Positions 50,323 through 60,492 of a stretch of 64,000 bases of DNA are shown here, one piece after another. The position numbers and the translations under genes are program-made. The stretch is from a virus, in IMG/VR virus record IMGVR_UViG_3300045988_152944; one strand, written 5' to 3'. Under the pieces are notes generated by a model. The model was not told the origin of the DNA. It did no database searches and saw only the letters and a list, made by a program, of their open reading frames with translations. Within the stretch, counting starts at the first letter, position 1. Each line of letters starts with the position of its first letter.

Positions 50323-50989
50323 TTGCTCCTGACCACAAATCCCATGACAGCTTCTGTGTCAAATCATTTAACCCTTCACGAATATTTTGGTACCACTCGG
50401 TTTTGGCTCTTACAGAGTTGGCCGGAGAATGCAATTTGAAATCTGTATCAGTTAAAATATTGCGAATATCTAACATGAAATTCTTTTCATTCTCAGCCCA
50501 CCCTAAAAGCAAACAGTGTGCTAAAATATCTTTCGTACGCGATTCTATAAACGCAGACGAAATATTTGACGAAAATCCTGTAAAATCTGCAGCGAACTCG
50601 CCGGCATAATACCATTCAACCGAACATGGTGTTTCGTTTGGAACATCACGCGAGAATGTCACGGTATTGGTTTCGGGATTGTATTCCGCCAGTGGATCGG
50701 CTGTTTTTCCAATGAAAAAACTCATTACTGCATTATCCAGCGGAGTCGTAGACAAAGTATAACTAGCACCACCGTTGCCGTCAAAAACCTCTAACTTGCC
50801 TTGGGCATCTGTATAATTAGAAAACCTGGAGGAAACCGTTGTGGGATTTGCAAACATCCCTAAACCGTTAATCAAGTATGGTCTCATTGTTTTTGAAAAT
50901 TCAACAGGGTTGAGTTCATAAGCACGTAAAATATCGGGGTCATCGAATAAATTCACCGCGCGATTAAAAATATCTTCAAATAGAATCAT
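50297..50989 (-). CDS. hypothetical head-tail connector-region protein (230 aa)
   Basis: ORF and position only. Confidence 0.55.
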   Translation of the reverse strand: MILFEDIFNRAVNLFDDPDILRAYELNPVEFSKTMRPYLINGLGMFANPTTVSSRFSNYTDAQGKLEVFDGNGGASYTLSTTPLDNAVMSFFIGKTADPLAEYNPETNTVTFSRDVPNETPCSVEWYYAGEFAADFTGFSSNISSAFIESRTKDILAHCLLLGWAENEKNFMLDIRNILTDTDFKLHSPANSVRAKTEWYQNIREGLNDLTQKLSWDLWSGAIGGRQIGK

Positions 50990-51008
50990 AACGACCCCCT
51001 ATTAAAAA

Positions 51009-51701
51009 TTATTTGTTAGTAGTTAGCTCGAGGATTTCGTACTCGAACGCGTTGTTGGTAAAACCATTAAGAATCTGCAACTTTTTCAAATCTCTGAATT
51101 CGGGTGCTTTTTCAATGAATTTACGTTTCCAGTAACTTACAATGAAATCTTTTTGACCATCGCAAACTTTTTCGTAAATATCCTGCACTTCATTCATGGG
51201 AAGTGTGCCAAGTTTGCGAATAAACTCAGAGCTTATCAACGACTCAGACGCCATTTTAAGATTGTTACGACGTGCATAGTATTCCGAACCAGCACCGACA
51301 GCAATAATACCACGGTCAAACCAAGAGCGATATCTGCCGACCAACTCTTCAAATTGTTGAACCGTAAGAGTTCTTACTTCACCGAATGCTGCCATATCAA
51401 TAGAATAATTTGATAGATCGATGTGTGTGGTAATACCAGGCGCATTATCAAACAGATGGACAATCGTCACTTCATCATTACGATTATAACTCGTCGATTG
51501 AGCAACAGGCGTCGCCATATTATTCTTCAATTCTGCAAACTGAGCCATCAAAGACTTCATTGCATCTTGAAGTTCTGCATTTTGATTGCGCAAAAAATCT
51601 ATTTCTTCCTGTTTGTTATCAGGTTTAATTTCAGTTTTTACAACCTTTTCTTCGTTTATTGCCTTTTCTACCGTCTGGGTAGCTTCCTTGTTATTTGCCA
51701 T
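51009..51701 (-). CDS. hypothetical protein downstream of the capsid gene (230 aa)
   Basis: ORF; N-terminal coiled-coil. Confidence 0.55.
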   Translation of the reverse strand: MANNKEATQTVEKAINEEKVVKTEIKPDNKQEEIDFLRNQNAELQDAMKSLMAQFAELKNNMATPVAQSTSYNRNDEVTIVHLFDNAPGITTHIDLSNYSIDMAAFGEVRTLTVQQFEELVGRYRSWFDRGIIAVGAGSEYYARRNNLKMASESLISSEFIRKLGTLPMNEVQDIYEKVCDGQKDFIVSYWKRKFIEKAPEFRDLKKLQILNGFTNNAFEYEILELTTNK

Positions 51702-51749
51702 AATAAGTCTCCTTGTGAACTAAAAATCTAAGATAATAAGTCTCAACAA

Positions 51750-51769
51750 GGGCCTCCAAAAGGAGGCCC
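51750..51769 (-). terminator. hairpin terminator after the major capsid gene
   Basis: GGGCCTCC-AAAA-GGAGGCCC 8-bp GC stem, 20 nt past the capsid stop; weak T tract. Confidence 0.5.
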
Positions 51770-51788
51770 CAATTAGACTTTAAATTAA

Positions 51789-52886
51789 TTATTGAAGATC
51801 GATACGACCAAATTTCGAACCAACGATCGCCGAAACACCAACCCTCATTTGAATACGGATACCGTATCTCTTGTCAGTGGTTTCTTCGGGGATTCTTTCA
51901 ACCGTCATCGAAGTGCCTTCGAAAACGATCTTAACAGGTTTGTACGCATCTGCCGCAACCAGATAAATCTTGTTATCGGGAACCGCGAGGTCAGCCGTCG
52001 TATTGATGGTTGTCGGAACGAGAGCGGGATCAACGGGAATCATTCTCGCGCCAAGGAATTTATCAAGATAGCCCTTGGAGAGATAATCTTCGCCAACAAA
52101 ATATTGAAGGCCAAGGCCGTTAGCACCCGTGGTGTTGACTTTCATCAACGCACCAAGCGAACCAATTGCATAAACGGGAGCGCCACCGTTTGCCGCCGAA
52201 ACTTTCTGAACAAGGCCGGTCCAGTTAGCGGGAGTGTAGCCGTTAGCAATATAACCAGCGCCCATCATATCGCCCGTGACCGAAGTCATAGCAGCAATAA
52301 CTTTCAGGAAGATATATGCTTCGAACGAACGGCCAGCGCGGAGACCGAAGTCACCCCAATCGAACACACCAGCTGCGACTGCATACCAGTCAATAGCCGT
52401 TGCGATTTCGATCGGCGAGGGGTTAACCGTAACTTCGTTATCGAAGATGGGTTGCAATACACCACGGTTTACACCTTCTGCGATTTCGTTGACTTTAAAG
52501 AGTTCGTTAGAACGGATAATGAAACGACCAGTGTCGCCCCAACCGATTTGACGAACTTCAGCAAGGAATCTCGAATAATCCGCACTGGTAACCGACGGAG
52601 CGATCGCGTTGACCACTTCAGCGATAACAGCTTCGAAATTGCTACGAACGGTTTCGTTTTTCGTAATTTGAGGGTTTTTCATGCAAGCAAGGCCTTCCTG
52701 TTCGAATTTAGCTTCGAAACGGGTACCTTCAAGCGCGTATTTAACGATTGCTTCGTTTTGGAGTCTGAGGTCATCTTTCGAGGGCTCAGATTTTGCTTCA
52801 TAATGAGCTTGAGCACTTTCAACGATCGAGCTGATAATTGCGTTGAAATTGTCGTCTTGACTATTAAAATTGAAATGTTCCATCAT
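51789..52886 (-). CDS. major capsid protein (HK97-fold type), 365 aa
   Basis: Size, position after the scaffold/protease-like gene, hairpin terminator downstream, and strong codon bias (390-aa antisense shadow ORF). Confidence 0.6.
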   Translation of the reverse strand: MMEHFNFNSQDDNFNAIISSIVESAQAHYEAKSEPSKDDLRLQNEAIVKYALEGTRFEAKFEQEGLACMKNPQITKNETVRSNFEAVIAEVVNAIAPSVTSADYSRFLAEVRQIGWGDTGRFIIRSNELFKVNEIAEGVNRGVLQPIFDNEVTVNPSPIEIATAIDWYAVAAGVFDWGDFGLRAGRSFEAYIFLKVIAAMTSVTGDMMGAGYIANGYTPANWTGLVQKVSAANGGAPVYAIGSLGALMKVNTTGANGLGLQYFVGEDYLSKGYLDKFLGARMIPVDPALVPTTINTTADLAVPDNKIYLVAADAYKPVKIVFEGTSMTVERIPEETTDKRYGIRIQMRVGVSAIVGSKFGRIDLQ

Positions 52887-52905
52887 TGCTGTAGTCCTCC
52901 CTTAA

Positions 52906-53466
52906 TTAAAGTCCAACGACTTCGCAAAGATAGAGTTTGCCATTGGCCGACTGACCATAGTTGAAATCTTTGCCGAGGTGAATTTTGACATTGAGTTGAC
53001 CCGCAGTAATAGTTTTTGCACCACTGTCTTTAAGGGTCGTTTTGTTTGCTTCGAGACCTGCGATGTTGCCAACGACAACAGCACCATCAAAGTTGCCTTC
53101 GCCAAGCCAGAATCTGTCATGGAGAGCAAGTCTGCGAGCGCGAACAGGACGGCCAGCAGGTGCTACAAGGTCAAAAAGTTTGACGCCAATTCTGTAAGAG
53201 TTACCAGAGATAGCTCCTTCAGAAACGCCAGGATAATCGATAACGACAACTTCGTCGGTCACAGCGGCCGGCGCAGCAGCGAGATAAACGTTGTAATCTT
53301 TATCGCCAGCTGCAACATAAGTTTTATCGTCTTTGAGTTCGCCAAGTTTAACAAACGCGCCGTCTTCGATAGGAGCGTCGACGCCGTCAGCTTGGTATTG
53401 GCAGGAAATTACATAGGACTGAACGTCTTCCGACATCATTTCAGCCGCTCTAAACACTTTTGCCAT
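52906..53466 (-). CDS. hypothetical head protein (186 aa), possibly decoration/auxiliary
   Basis: Position between the scaffold-like and capsid genes. Confidence 0.5.
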   Translation of the reverse strand: MAKVFRAAEMMSEDVQSYVISCQYQADGVDAPIEDGAFVKLGELKDDKTYVAAGDKDYNVYLAAAPAAVTDEVVVIDYPGVSEGAISGNSYRIGVKLFDLVAPAGRPVRARRLALHDRFWLGEGNFDGAVVVGNIAGLEANKTTLKDSGAKTITAGQLNVKIHLGKDFNYGQSANGKLYLCEVVGL

Positions 53467-53521
53467 AATAAGTTTTCTCCTTTATATAATTAAATAAAAT
53501 GTATTATTTTTCGTATGCTGA

Positions 53522-54991
53522 CTATTCTCTTCCAACATACAGTTTTAGTTTGTCCATAGCACTCATATTCTTCTCAGATTTGATTTCTACGGGTTTTGCG
53601 ATAGGTGTGGTAAACGTCTCTTTTTTGTGAGTTTTACTGCCCTTGTTCGCGTTAAAGACTGCCAATGCTACTTCTGCACGCAATGCGTCAGACGAAGCAT
53701 ACTCGCCACGTGCGCACTTATCGAAAATCGCATCACATTGCTCTTTATTGACGTTTTCGTCGTCCAAAAGCTCGTGCGCTTCTGCCACACGCTTCTCGCA
53801 CTCAATAGCAAATAGCGCTTGGTTGGCTTTAGCGAGTTGTTCTTTGATCTCGTCATAATCGAAATATTTAGAATAAGCTTCTTCTTTTTCGGCCATCTTA
53901 CACTCAAGCTCTTCAATGCGTTTCATAAGTTCGCAATTTTTTGCTTCGAGTTCGCCACATTTCATCAAAAGCTCTTCTTCTGGATTGGGGGCAGGTTCGC
54001 CTTCGCCTTCGGGTTCTCCCGAATAAGCAGGTTCTGCACCTTCTTCACCAGAGGGACATTCCGAATATGCAGGTTCAGGATTATCGGAACCTTTGTCGTC
54101 ATCCGAATCGTCATCATCTTGATTGTCATCTTGATCGTCGTCGTTATCGTCGTCCATATGGCAATCTTGACACTGAGCGTCTTCTTGTGCCGGTGCGACT
54201 GGGCAATCTTCTTGCGCCACTTCACCTTCACCAAAGTTGACAACTTGGGCTTCTTCCTGTAAAGTCAATTCATTGTCCAACTGCTCGCTATCCTCCTTAT
54301 TAGATTTTTCGACATCCACTGCGTCGCCATCCAATTCTTTGTAAGCAAAACACAATGCCGTCTTCTGTCTGTTGAAAACCTCATTATCGATGATATCCAA
54401 GACTGACGCCGATGCACCCTCGATACCTTCCGTAACTGGTTTCCCGTTTTTCGAACCTAATATAGTGATGCCCAGAAGTTCAAACTGGTTGATATATCTG
54501 ATACCATCCCTATCCTCATAGTCCTTTATATCGATCTCAACAGAAACTTTCTTTTTCTTATCTTTAAGCAGCCGTTTAATTTGAGGCAAAGCGTATTGTA
54601 CCCACAGAGCGCATGTAAGCACAATCCAATTTTTCCCCTTATTATCGGGCTCTATAGAGACAGAATCAGACTCTCTGATCAATCCTAATATTCTCTCACC
54701 ATTGGGCATAGTTGTGTCCCAATAAGGTGTGTCGGTCTCGGAATCTCTTTTCCAAGTACCGTTGTGAGATTCAAAATCTTGCTCTTTTGTATTAAAATAT
54801 CCCAAAATTGGTTTATTTCTAAAACTGGGAAGAGCACCCTGCATTGCTTCTAAAGAGAAGCTACTGTGATTACGATTTTCGCCTTCTGAAATAGCCTTCA
54901 TCTCAAGTTGTAAGAAATTACTACCAAGTATTTTCTTTAACTTGATTCTATCGGCCTCAAGGCTAAACACCATTGGATTCATATAATTCAA
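53522..54991 (-). CDS. scaffolding protein, possibly fused to a prohead-protease-like N-domain (489 aa)
   Basis: Highly acidic low-complexity centre (DDNDDDQDDNQDDDDSDDD) and a C-terminal coiled-coil; position upstream of the capsid gene. Confidence 0.4.
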   Translation of the reverse strand: MNYMNPMVFSLEADRIKLKKILGSNFLQLEMKAISEGENRNHSSFSLEAMQGALPSFRNKPILGYFNTKEQDFESHNGTWKRDSETDTPYWDTTMPNGERILGLIRESDSVSIEPDNKGKNWIVLTCALWVQYALPQIKRLLKDKKKKVSVEIDIKDYEDRDGIRYINQFELLGITILGSKNGKPVTEGIEGASASVLDIIDNEVFNRQKTALCFAYKELDGDAVDVEKSNKEDSEQLDNELTLQEEAQVVNFGEGEVAQEDCPVAPAQEDAQCQDCHMDDDNDDDQDDNQDDDDSDDDKGSDNPEPAYSECPSGEEGAEPAYSGEPEGEGEPAPNPEEELLMKCGELEAKNCELMKRIEELECKMAEKEEAYSKYFDYDEIKEQLAKANQALFAIECEKRVAEAHELLDDENVNKEQCDAIFDKCARGEYASSDALRAEVALAVFNANKGSKTHKKETFTTPIAKPVEIKSEKNMSAMDKLKLYVGRE

Positions 54992-54997
54992 TCCCCC

Positions 54998-55711
54998 TTA
55001 CTCTATTTCTTGTTCAACATGAGAAAATTGAAGGGCTCCAGAAATGCGTTGCGCTTTTTTACTCAAGCATAATTTTAGAGCTTCTTTATCCTCAGGCGTT
55101 TTCGCGTTAAATTCAGCCGCAATGAACCCTAACACAACATCGGAAACGTTGTCCACTAAAGCTTTGAAATAAATAGCATCGCTACCCCAGCACTTTAAAA
55201 ATTGATAACTACCAGGGTTTCTATCTTTTATCGACTCAATATTATCAATATAACATTCGCCTTTTGTGGCTAGCTCATTATCTAACTCAATAAACAAAGC
55301 CCGCTGGACATTTTGATAATCCATCAGAAACGGCCTTGTTTGATTATCAACAGCCTCTGCCACAATACTACATTTGGAAAAATTACGCGCGTTTAGATAT
55401 GTGCCGCCATTATGATATGCTACACAAAAGGCACGATTTGCGCCATTATCCCGAACGATTGCATTTAATTGAGATTTAATGTAGGTCGTAACCTTACGAT
55501 TGTCGGCCTCTTCTGTTGGGCTATGTTTTTTAGAATCGTGTATGGCGAGTTTAATGCTCGAATCGATAAGATCTGTTAGGCGTTTCTCCTGTTCTTCTGC
55601 AGCACGATTTTGACGTTTTTGCATAGCTAAAAGCAGCCATAAAAGAATTCCCATAAGAACAGGATAAATACCATATTCAATAATTAATTTTACAATTTCT
55701 CCAGGACCCAT
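54998..55711 (-). CDS. membrane-anchored hypothetical protein (237 aa)
   Basis: N-terminal TM helix (YPVLMGILLWLLLAM) followed by a globular domain. Confidence 0.5.
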   Translation of the reverse strand: MGPGEIVKLIIEYGIYPVLMGILLWLLLAMQKRQNRAAEEQEKRLTDLIDSSIKLAIHDSKKHSPTEEADNRKVTTYIKSQLNAIVRDNGANRAFCVAYHNGGTYLNARNFSKCSIVAEAVDNQTRPFLMDYQNVQRALFIELDNELATKGECYIDNIESIKDRNPGSYQFLKCWGSDAIYFKALVDNVSDVVLGFIAAEFNAKTPEDKEALKLCLSKKAQRISGALQFSHVEQEIE

Positions 55712-55719
55712 AATTCACC

Positions 55720-56223
55720 TCATTCGACGATGGGAATGAAGTGCGTATAATCGCTAAAGTGAATATCAAAATGGTACGCCGGCACGGTTTTGACAACCTG
55801 AAGCCACTCGTCTGATTGTTTTACATAATTCAACAATACACCGTTAAGCAAATTTTCTCCAAAAATTCTGATGTCCACGTCATCCGACATATCCGCCAAA
55901 TCTACGATTTCCTTGCACTTCTCAAAAACCTTATTAACGGCAGCCGAATTGACAACCATCATTAGTTCCAGATTATCATACTCTTCATTTGCTCCCTCTA
56001 CAGGTAGCCTAATTGGTCTCGCGTTTAATTTGAGCATTTCGTCGCTAATCATATCTGCCACTTGACCCCAAGCGTGCGCATAACTGTGATGGAATAACTC
56101 TGCTGAATGATTATAATACAGATTTGCCATATTATAATATATGTTATCAGCAACAGCATTCATCTCAAAACACATCTTAACCAGCTCATTTAACGCATTG
56201 TAAGTTTCTTCATGAATTTTCAT
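55720..56223 (-). CDS. hypothetical four-helix-bundle protein, Dps/ferritin-like? (167 aa)
   Basis: Loose resemblance to the Dps pattern (LNELV…HHSYAHAWGQVADMISDEMLKLNARP…DDVDIRIF…EWL). Low confidence. Confidence 0.3.
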   Translation of the reverse strand: MKIHEETYNALNELVKMCFEMNAVADNIYYNMANLYYNHSAELFHHSYAHAWGQVADMISDEMLKLNARPIRLPVEGANEEYDNLELMMVVNSAAVNKVFEKCKEIVDLADMSDDVDIRIFGENLLNGVLLNYVKQSDEWLQVVKTVPAYHFDIHFSDYTHFIPIVE

Positions 56224-56235
56224 GCGTGATCCTCC

Positions 56236-58194
56236 TTAAGTTTCACTGTGCTCTTCAAGATACGTCTCTCGACACTCGTCACATAGAACATCGTCGTCGT
56301 CATCTAGTTCTGCCCCGCAAATTGCACACCGTTTTGCGGCATATACATCTTTGTTTTCACTTGTATTTTCACCTTTCTCGCGTGACGCAGCAGTTTCATC
56401 AGACTCTATATCTTCGTCTTCTAATGCAGGACGACCAACTTTCTTAATTGAACCGTCTTCGTTAGTGTTTGAATCGGCTGACTTCGTTTGTTGTGCGCTT
56501 AACTTTGAAGCCGCAACTTGAGTAAGCGTAGTCAAGTTATTATAAAACCCGATTGCATCTAAATACAACTCGGCAGCCTTAGAATCTTTAACCGTAATGT
56601 CCTCATAAGCAAGCAATTTAGGCACAAGTCCCTTCATACCTGCGGTGACAAGCTCTTTAAGATATTTCTTCTGATTTTGTTCAGAGAAAATATCCCCAAA
56701 GATGTCCACTTTCCATTTATAATCGGCACCTATACATTCTTGGACAATATTGTTAAGTGCTGATTTAAACTGTTTCACCACAAAATCATATTGAGCCGCC
56801 GAAAGCATATTAGCAGTTTTTACCTGCGCAATGCTCGGTTTTTCGGTAGCGATAATATTGCCACCTTCGCCCGCGACACTAATAAAGTTTGAAACCGCTT
56901 TAGTCTTAATGTCACTACTATTAGGAACGTTGTTAAGGCTTTGTAATTTTAAATTCTTCAACGGCGCAAAGAACGCTTCCGTATTGGTGCTCGTCATACT
57001 GTTAAACAAGTTTTGGAATTTTAAAACCGTTTCAGGGTTCATTGCCGTCTGATCACGACCAGTTGAAGGGTTAGGAATCAGCTCAATTTCGCCCGTCAGT
57101 AGCGACGTCAAGGGCGTACTAGCAATAAGCCCTGCCAGTACCGAGTAATCCGTCAATTCTTGCAAATCCATAAAGAGACCTGCTGTATCAGGCGCTGCGG
57201 TAGCTGTAGAGGTGTCGCTACAGAAAGTATAACACAAATCTTGAGGTAATTGGACCCAGAACATATATGTCCTTTTTTCGGTCCTCTCTAGCAATGTGTC
57301 ATAAGAATTACCATCATCATCTACGAACGCATAATTGGCCGCTTTCGCAATGTCCAATTTGTATGACTTTTTCTTAGGATCGAAGACTGCAATTTTATTG
57401 TTGATCATATCACTCCACACTCTTTGAATAAAAGCAGGGTATTGATCAGGAACAAATGCTGGATTCATAAAGACCATTAAATTAAAACTTGCTACAAAAC
57501 CATGTTCCCCAATTGCCGTAAGTTTGACAAATTGTGGCGGAAGTTTTTGCAACGCCGCATAATCTACAATCTTTTTACCACCTTTTTTTGTCACATGACT
57601 ACGCAACAAATAACTCGGCTTACCTTCGCGTTTCACTTCAATCGCAATGCGTTTAAAAGTGTTCACTATATCGAATTTTTCGAGCCACTCGTCCACAAAG
57701 TCGTCATCTTTTTTGAATTTTTCCGTTTTATATTCAGATGCTTCTAAAAAAGGCGGATATTTAACATACTTCATTAGAGGGATATCGCCCGCTTGACGAA
57801 GTATTTTATAATACAAATACTGGCTTGACGACAATGAAGCCGCTGCCCCACGAATATCTTCCTCGTGGAATTGAGGATTTTTTAACGCATTGATAATACT
57901 ATCTTTGCTCATCTCAATTGGCAGACCTGCCAACGTCTTCAATCGTGTATTTTGTAAAAATGGATTATATTGATTTAAATTATAAATACCTTGACCAAGA
58001 ACACTGTTGGAATCAACATCTCCTAAAAACCGATTAAAGAAATCCGTGCATCCTTGCAACACATCTTTAACTTCGGCCCCAGCGTCTCCTGTCGTCATCA
58101 ACAACTTGGAGTCTTGCGGTTGTTCTTGTTCTGTAATGGGAATTTGTTTCTTTGGACGGCCACCTTTGTTTGTGGTCTTATTGGCTTCACCCAT
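56236..58194 (-). CDS. putative portal protein (652 aa) with C-terminal zinc-ribbon
   Basis: Size and position downstream of the large terminase; C-terminal CAICGAELDDDDDVLCDEC. Confidence 0.5.
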   Translation of the reverse strand: MGEANKTTNKGGRPKKQIPITEQEQPQDSKLLMTTGDAGAEVKDVLQGCTDFFNRFLGDVDSNSVLGQGIYNLNQYNPFLQNTRLKTLAGLPIEMSKDSIINALKNPQFHEEDIRGAAASLSSSQYLYYKILRQAGDIPLMKYVKYPPFLEASEYKTEKFKKDDDFVDEWLEKFDIVNTFKRIAIEVKREGKPSYLLRSHVTKKGGKKIVDYAALQKLPPQFVKLTAIGEHGFVASFNLMVFMNPAFVPDQYPAFIQRVWSDMINNKIAVFDPKKKSYKLDIAKAANYAFVDDDGNSYDTLLERTEKRTYMFWVQLPQDLCYTFCSDTSTATAAPDTAGLFMDLQELTDYSVLAGLIASTPLTSLLTGEIELIPNPSTGRDQTAMNPETVLKFQNLFNSMTSTNTEAFFAPLKNLKLQSLNNVPNSSDIKTKAVSNFISVAGEGGNIIATEKPSIAQVKTANMLSAAQYDFVVKQFKSALNNIVQECIGADYKWKVDIFGDIFSEQNQKKYLKELVTAGMKGLVPKLLAYEDITVKDSKAAELYLDAIGFYNNLTTLTQVAASKLSAQQTKSADSNTNEDGSIKKVGRPALEDEDIESDETAASREKGENTSENKDVYAAKRCAICGAELDDDDDVLCDECRETYLEEHSET

Positions 58195-58600
58195 TGGTGC
58201 AATCCTCCTTTTGATGTTTCGGTACTGCGATTAATTGGCCGGAAGCCAAGGCTTGGGCTAACTCAAGTTTAAGTGCCTCGATTTCCATTTTCTTCCGATA
58301 TTTCTCGCTATTTAATTCGTCTATCGCCCGTTTGGTCGCAAGATTAGTAAAATACTCACGCGCCCAATCAGCAACGTATCCGCCCTCATTACAAAGACCG
58401 TCTTCTGTAATCTCCAAAATTACACAATCCGACACGCCACTGCGTTTGATAGCAGATTTTAATTTTTGTTTAGAACACTCTCCCAGTGTTTGGAAATAAA
58501 TTACTCCTTTTATTAGCATAAAAGAGCCCATTTTCCCAATTTTATCTAAGAGATTTTCTATATCAATCCCAGTATGATCGAAAATTATTTTACAGATCAT
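58187..58600 (-). CDS. hypothetical protein (137 aa)
   Basis: ORF between the terminase and portal genes. Confidence 0.5.
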   Translation of the reverse strand: MICKIIFDHTGIDIENLLDKIGKMGSFMLIKGVIYFQTLGECSKQKLKSAIKRSGVSDCVILEITEDGLCNEGGYVADWAREYFTNLATKRAIDELNSEKYRKKMEIEALKLELAQALASGQLIAVPKHQKEDCTNG

Positions 58601-58620
58601 CCTTCTGCCTCCTTTTGCTT

Positions 58621-60492
58621 CTATCTTCGCCGCCCAAATGGATTAGTGAATCCATTAAACGGATTGGCGCTTTGTCTTTGCTTGAATCCTTGAGCAATTC
58701 GATTACTAAACAAAACATCCATATTTGTAGTTGGTTCGGCTGAACCTAAAATTTCTTCTCTTCGCAATTGTGCCAAGTGATGCGCCGCCAACACACAGGT
58801 GTAACATCTATCGTCGTGTAGCTTCCTGGATTTTTCTGGCGGCAAACCGTATTTCACATCGCCGCTAGGTGTTTTTGTTTTTACAATTGCTACAAGTTCT
58901 TCTTTCATAAGATCAATTTCAAGTAGTGCTCGCAATTCTTCTTTTGAAAGTTCGTATTTTTCCCCATCTTTTTCCCAAACTCCGCGTTTGGGTACCGGCA
59001 TTGGGAAAATTAAATAATCGTTTATGATCATTTCTGCACATTCACTAAACATTGTTGTGCGCCACTTGCGCGGCTCAATGATTCGACAAACATCCTTAGC
59101 TTGTCTGAATTTTTCTGCCTGTTCTTTAGCTGTATCATCAGTTAAATCGATAATACCCGCGTGCTCGACCCCATCACGATCTGTCCAAGGAAGCATTAGA
59201 TTGTCTGCATAACTACGACCACCACCCCCAGAACCAGCGTCAACATAAAACATAACGTTTTCGTACTCGGGTGATTTCCCGTTATATGCTACAATGAGTT
59301 TGCGAATCCACTCTAATTGTTCGGGAGAACGTAAAGGCTTCTTATCGCCGTTTGGTAATTTTTCGATAAGGTTAATACCATTAACAATTTTACCCATCCA
59401 TCCGCGTTTTTTGTCTTTCCAATATTCAACAATAAGCACAAAACTGTTGTCTTGTTGCAATGCGGGGTCAAAAAATAAACCATAATGGTGTTCTGGACCT
59501 TCTGATTTAAAGATTGGTAAATAGTCTTGTTCGTTTCGTAAAATATCTTGTCGTTTTACTAACGCGTCAATACCACCCGTGTTATCGAATATGTTATAAT
59601 ACTCGCGCATTGCTCGAGACTCGTTGCTTTTTAATGCGTCATCGATCTCACTTTGTTTAAGCAATGGTGACATTAATTTTCCGTTGAGTTTCGGTGCAAG
59701 CGGAATATCACAATTAATATCTGCACAAAAATATCCAGGTATACCCATCATCATATTGGTGGCACAAAGTTTATACATGGACCACAAATGGGTATTGATG
59801 TCTTCAGCTGACGACGAGTAAATACACTGTGTTGGTATATCCTTTGGATAAACCGACGCATCAAAACCAGAGCCTGTTTTAAAATCACGGTTTTGCGCTG
59901 TAAAAGGTTCTGTTAAATCGAAAAAGGCTTGTGGAATCTTGCCGGCCTCGTCGTAGAAGTTAATATTAGAACGAACACCGACAACAGTCTCTGGTTTACC
60001 TACAAGCGCCCTAATACGCGAACCGTTATAGAGATTACACTCATAACCCTTTTGGCTATGGGTAAACCCGTCGGTATTAGCATTGCTCTTGATGAGTTCA
60101 TCAAAAAACACATCTGTCGTGTTCAACAATGAAGCAATATTCTTTTTTGCAATATCTTCGATTTTCATAAAGGTGTCAAAAGACTGACGCCCCGAAACGT
60201 TCATGATATTTATTTTAAATTGTGGGAACAAAACAGCCTTCGCCATTAAATACACCGCTCCCAAAAATGTTTTACCCGCGTTTCGTGAACATACCCAAGC
60301 GGCTTTTTCTGCCGTCCAGGTGCCCATAATAATCCACCGCTGATAATCCAACAATTGTATTCCAAAAATTTTTTCAATAAATCGAGTGGGATGCTTGCGG
60401 CCCCATTGAATTAACCGATTATATCTTTCAAAACTTTCTTGTTTGCGAATATTTACTTCGTTATCTGTGAGATTCCCATAGACTGAAATCAA
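58621..60492 (-). CDS. terL: terminase large subunit
   Basis: Walker A-like CSRNAGKTF, Walker B INFYDEAG, C-terminal RNase H-like nuclease acidic motifs FYVDAGSGGGG and LHDDRCY. Confidence 0.85.
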   Translation of the reverse strand: MISVYGNLTDNEVNIRKQESFERYNRLIQWGRKHPTRFIEKIFGIQLLDYQRWIIMGTWTAEKAAWVCSRNAGKTFLGAVYLMAKAVLFPQFKINIMNVSGRQSFDTFMKIEDIAKKNIASLLNTTDVFFDELIKSNANTDGFTHSQKGYECNLYNGSRIRALVGKPETVVGVRSNINFYDEAGKIPQAFFDLTEPFTAQNRDFKTGSGFDASVYPKDIPTQCIYSSSAEDINTHLWSMYKLCATNMMMGIPGYFCADINCDIPLAPKLNGKLMSPLLKQSEIDDALKSNESRAMREYYNIFDNTGGIDALVKRQDILRNEQDYLPIFKSEGPEHHYGLFFDPALQQDNSFVLIVEYWKDKKRGWMGKIVNGINLIEKLPNGDKKPLRSPEQLEWIRKLIVAYNGKSPEYENVMFYVDAGSGGGGRSYADNLMLPWTDRDGVEHAGIIDLTDDTAKEQAEKFRQAKDVCRIIEPRKWRTTMFSECAEMIINDYLIFPMPVPKRGVWEKDGEKYELSKEELRALLEIDLMKEELVAIVKTKTPSGDVKYGLPPEKSRKLHDDRCYTCVLAAHHLAQLRREEILGSAEPTTNMDVLFSNRIAQGFKQRQSANPFNGFTNPFGRRR

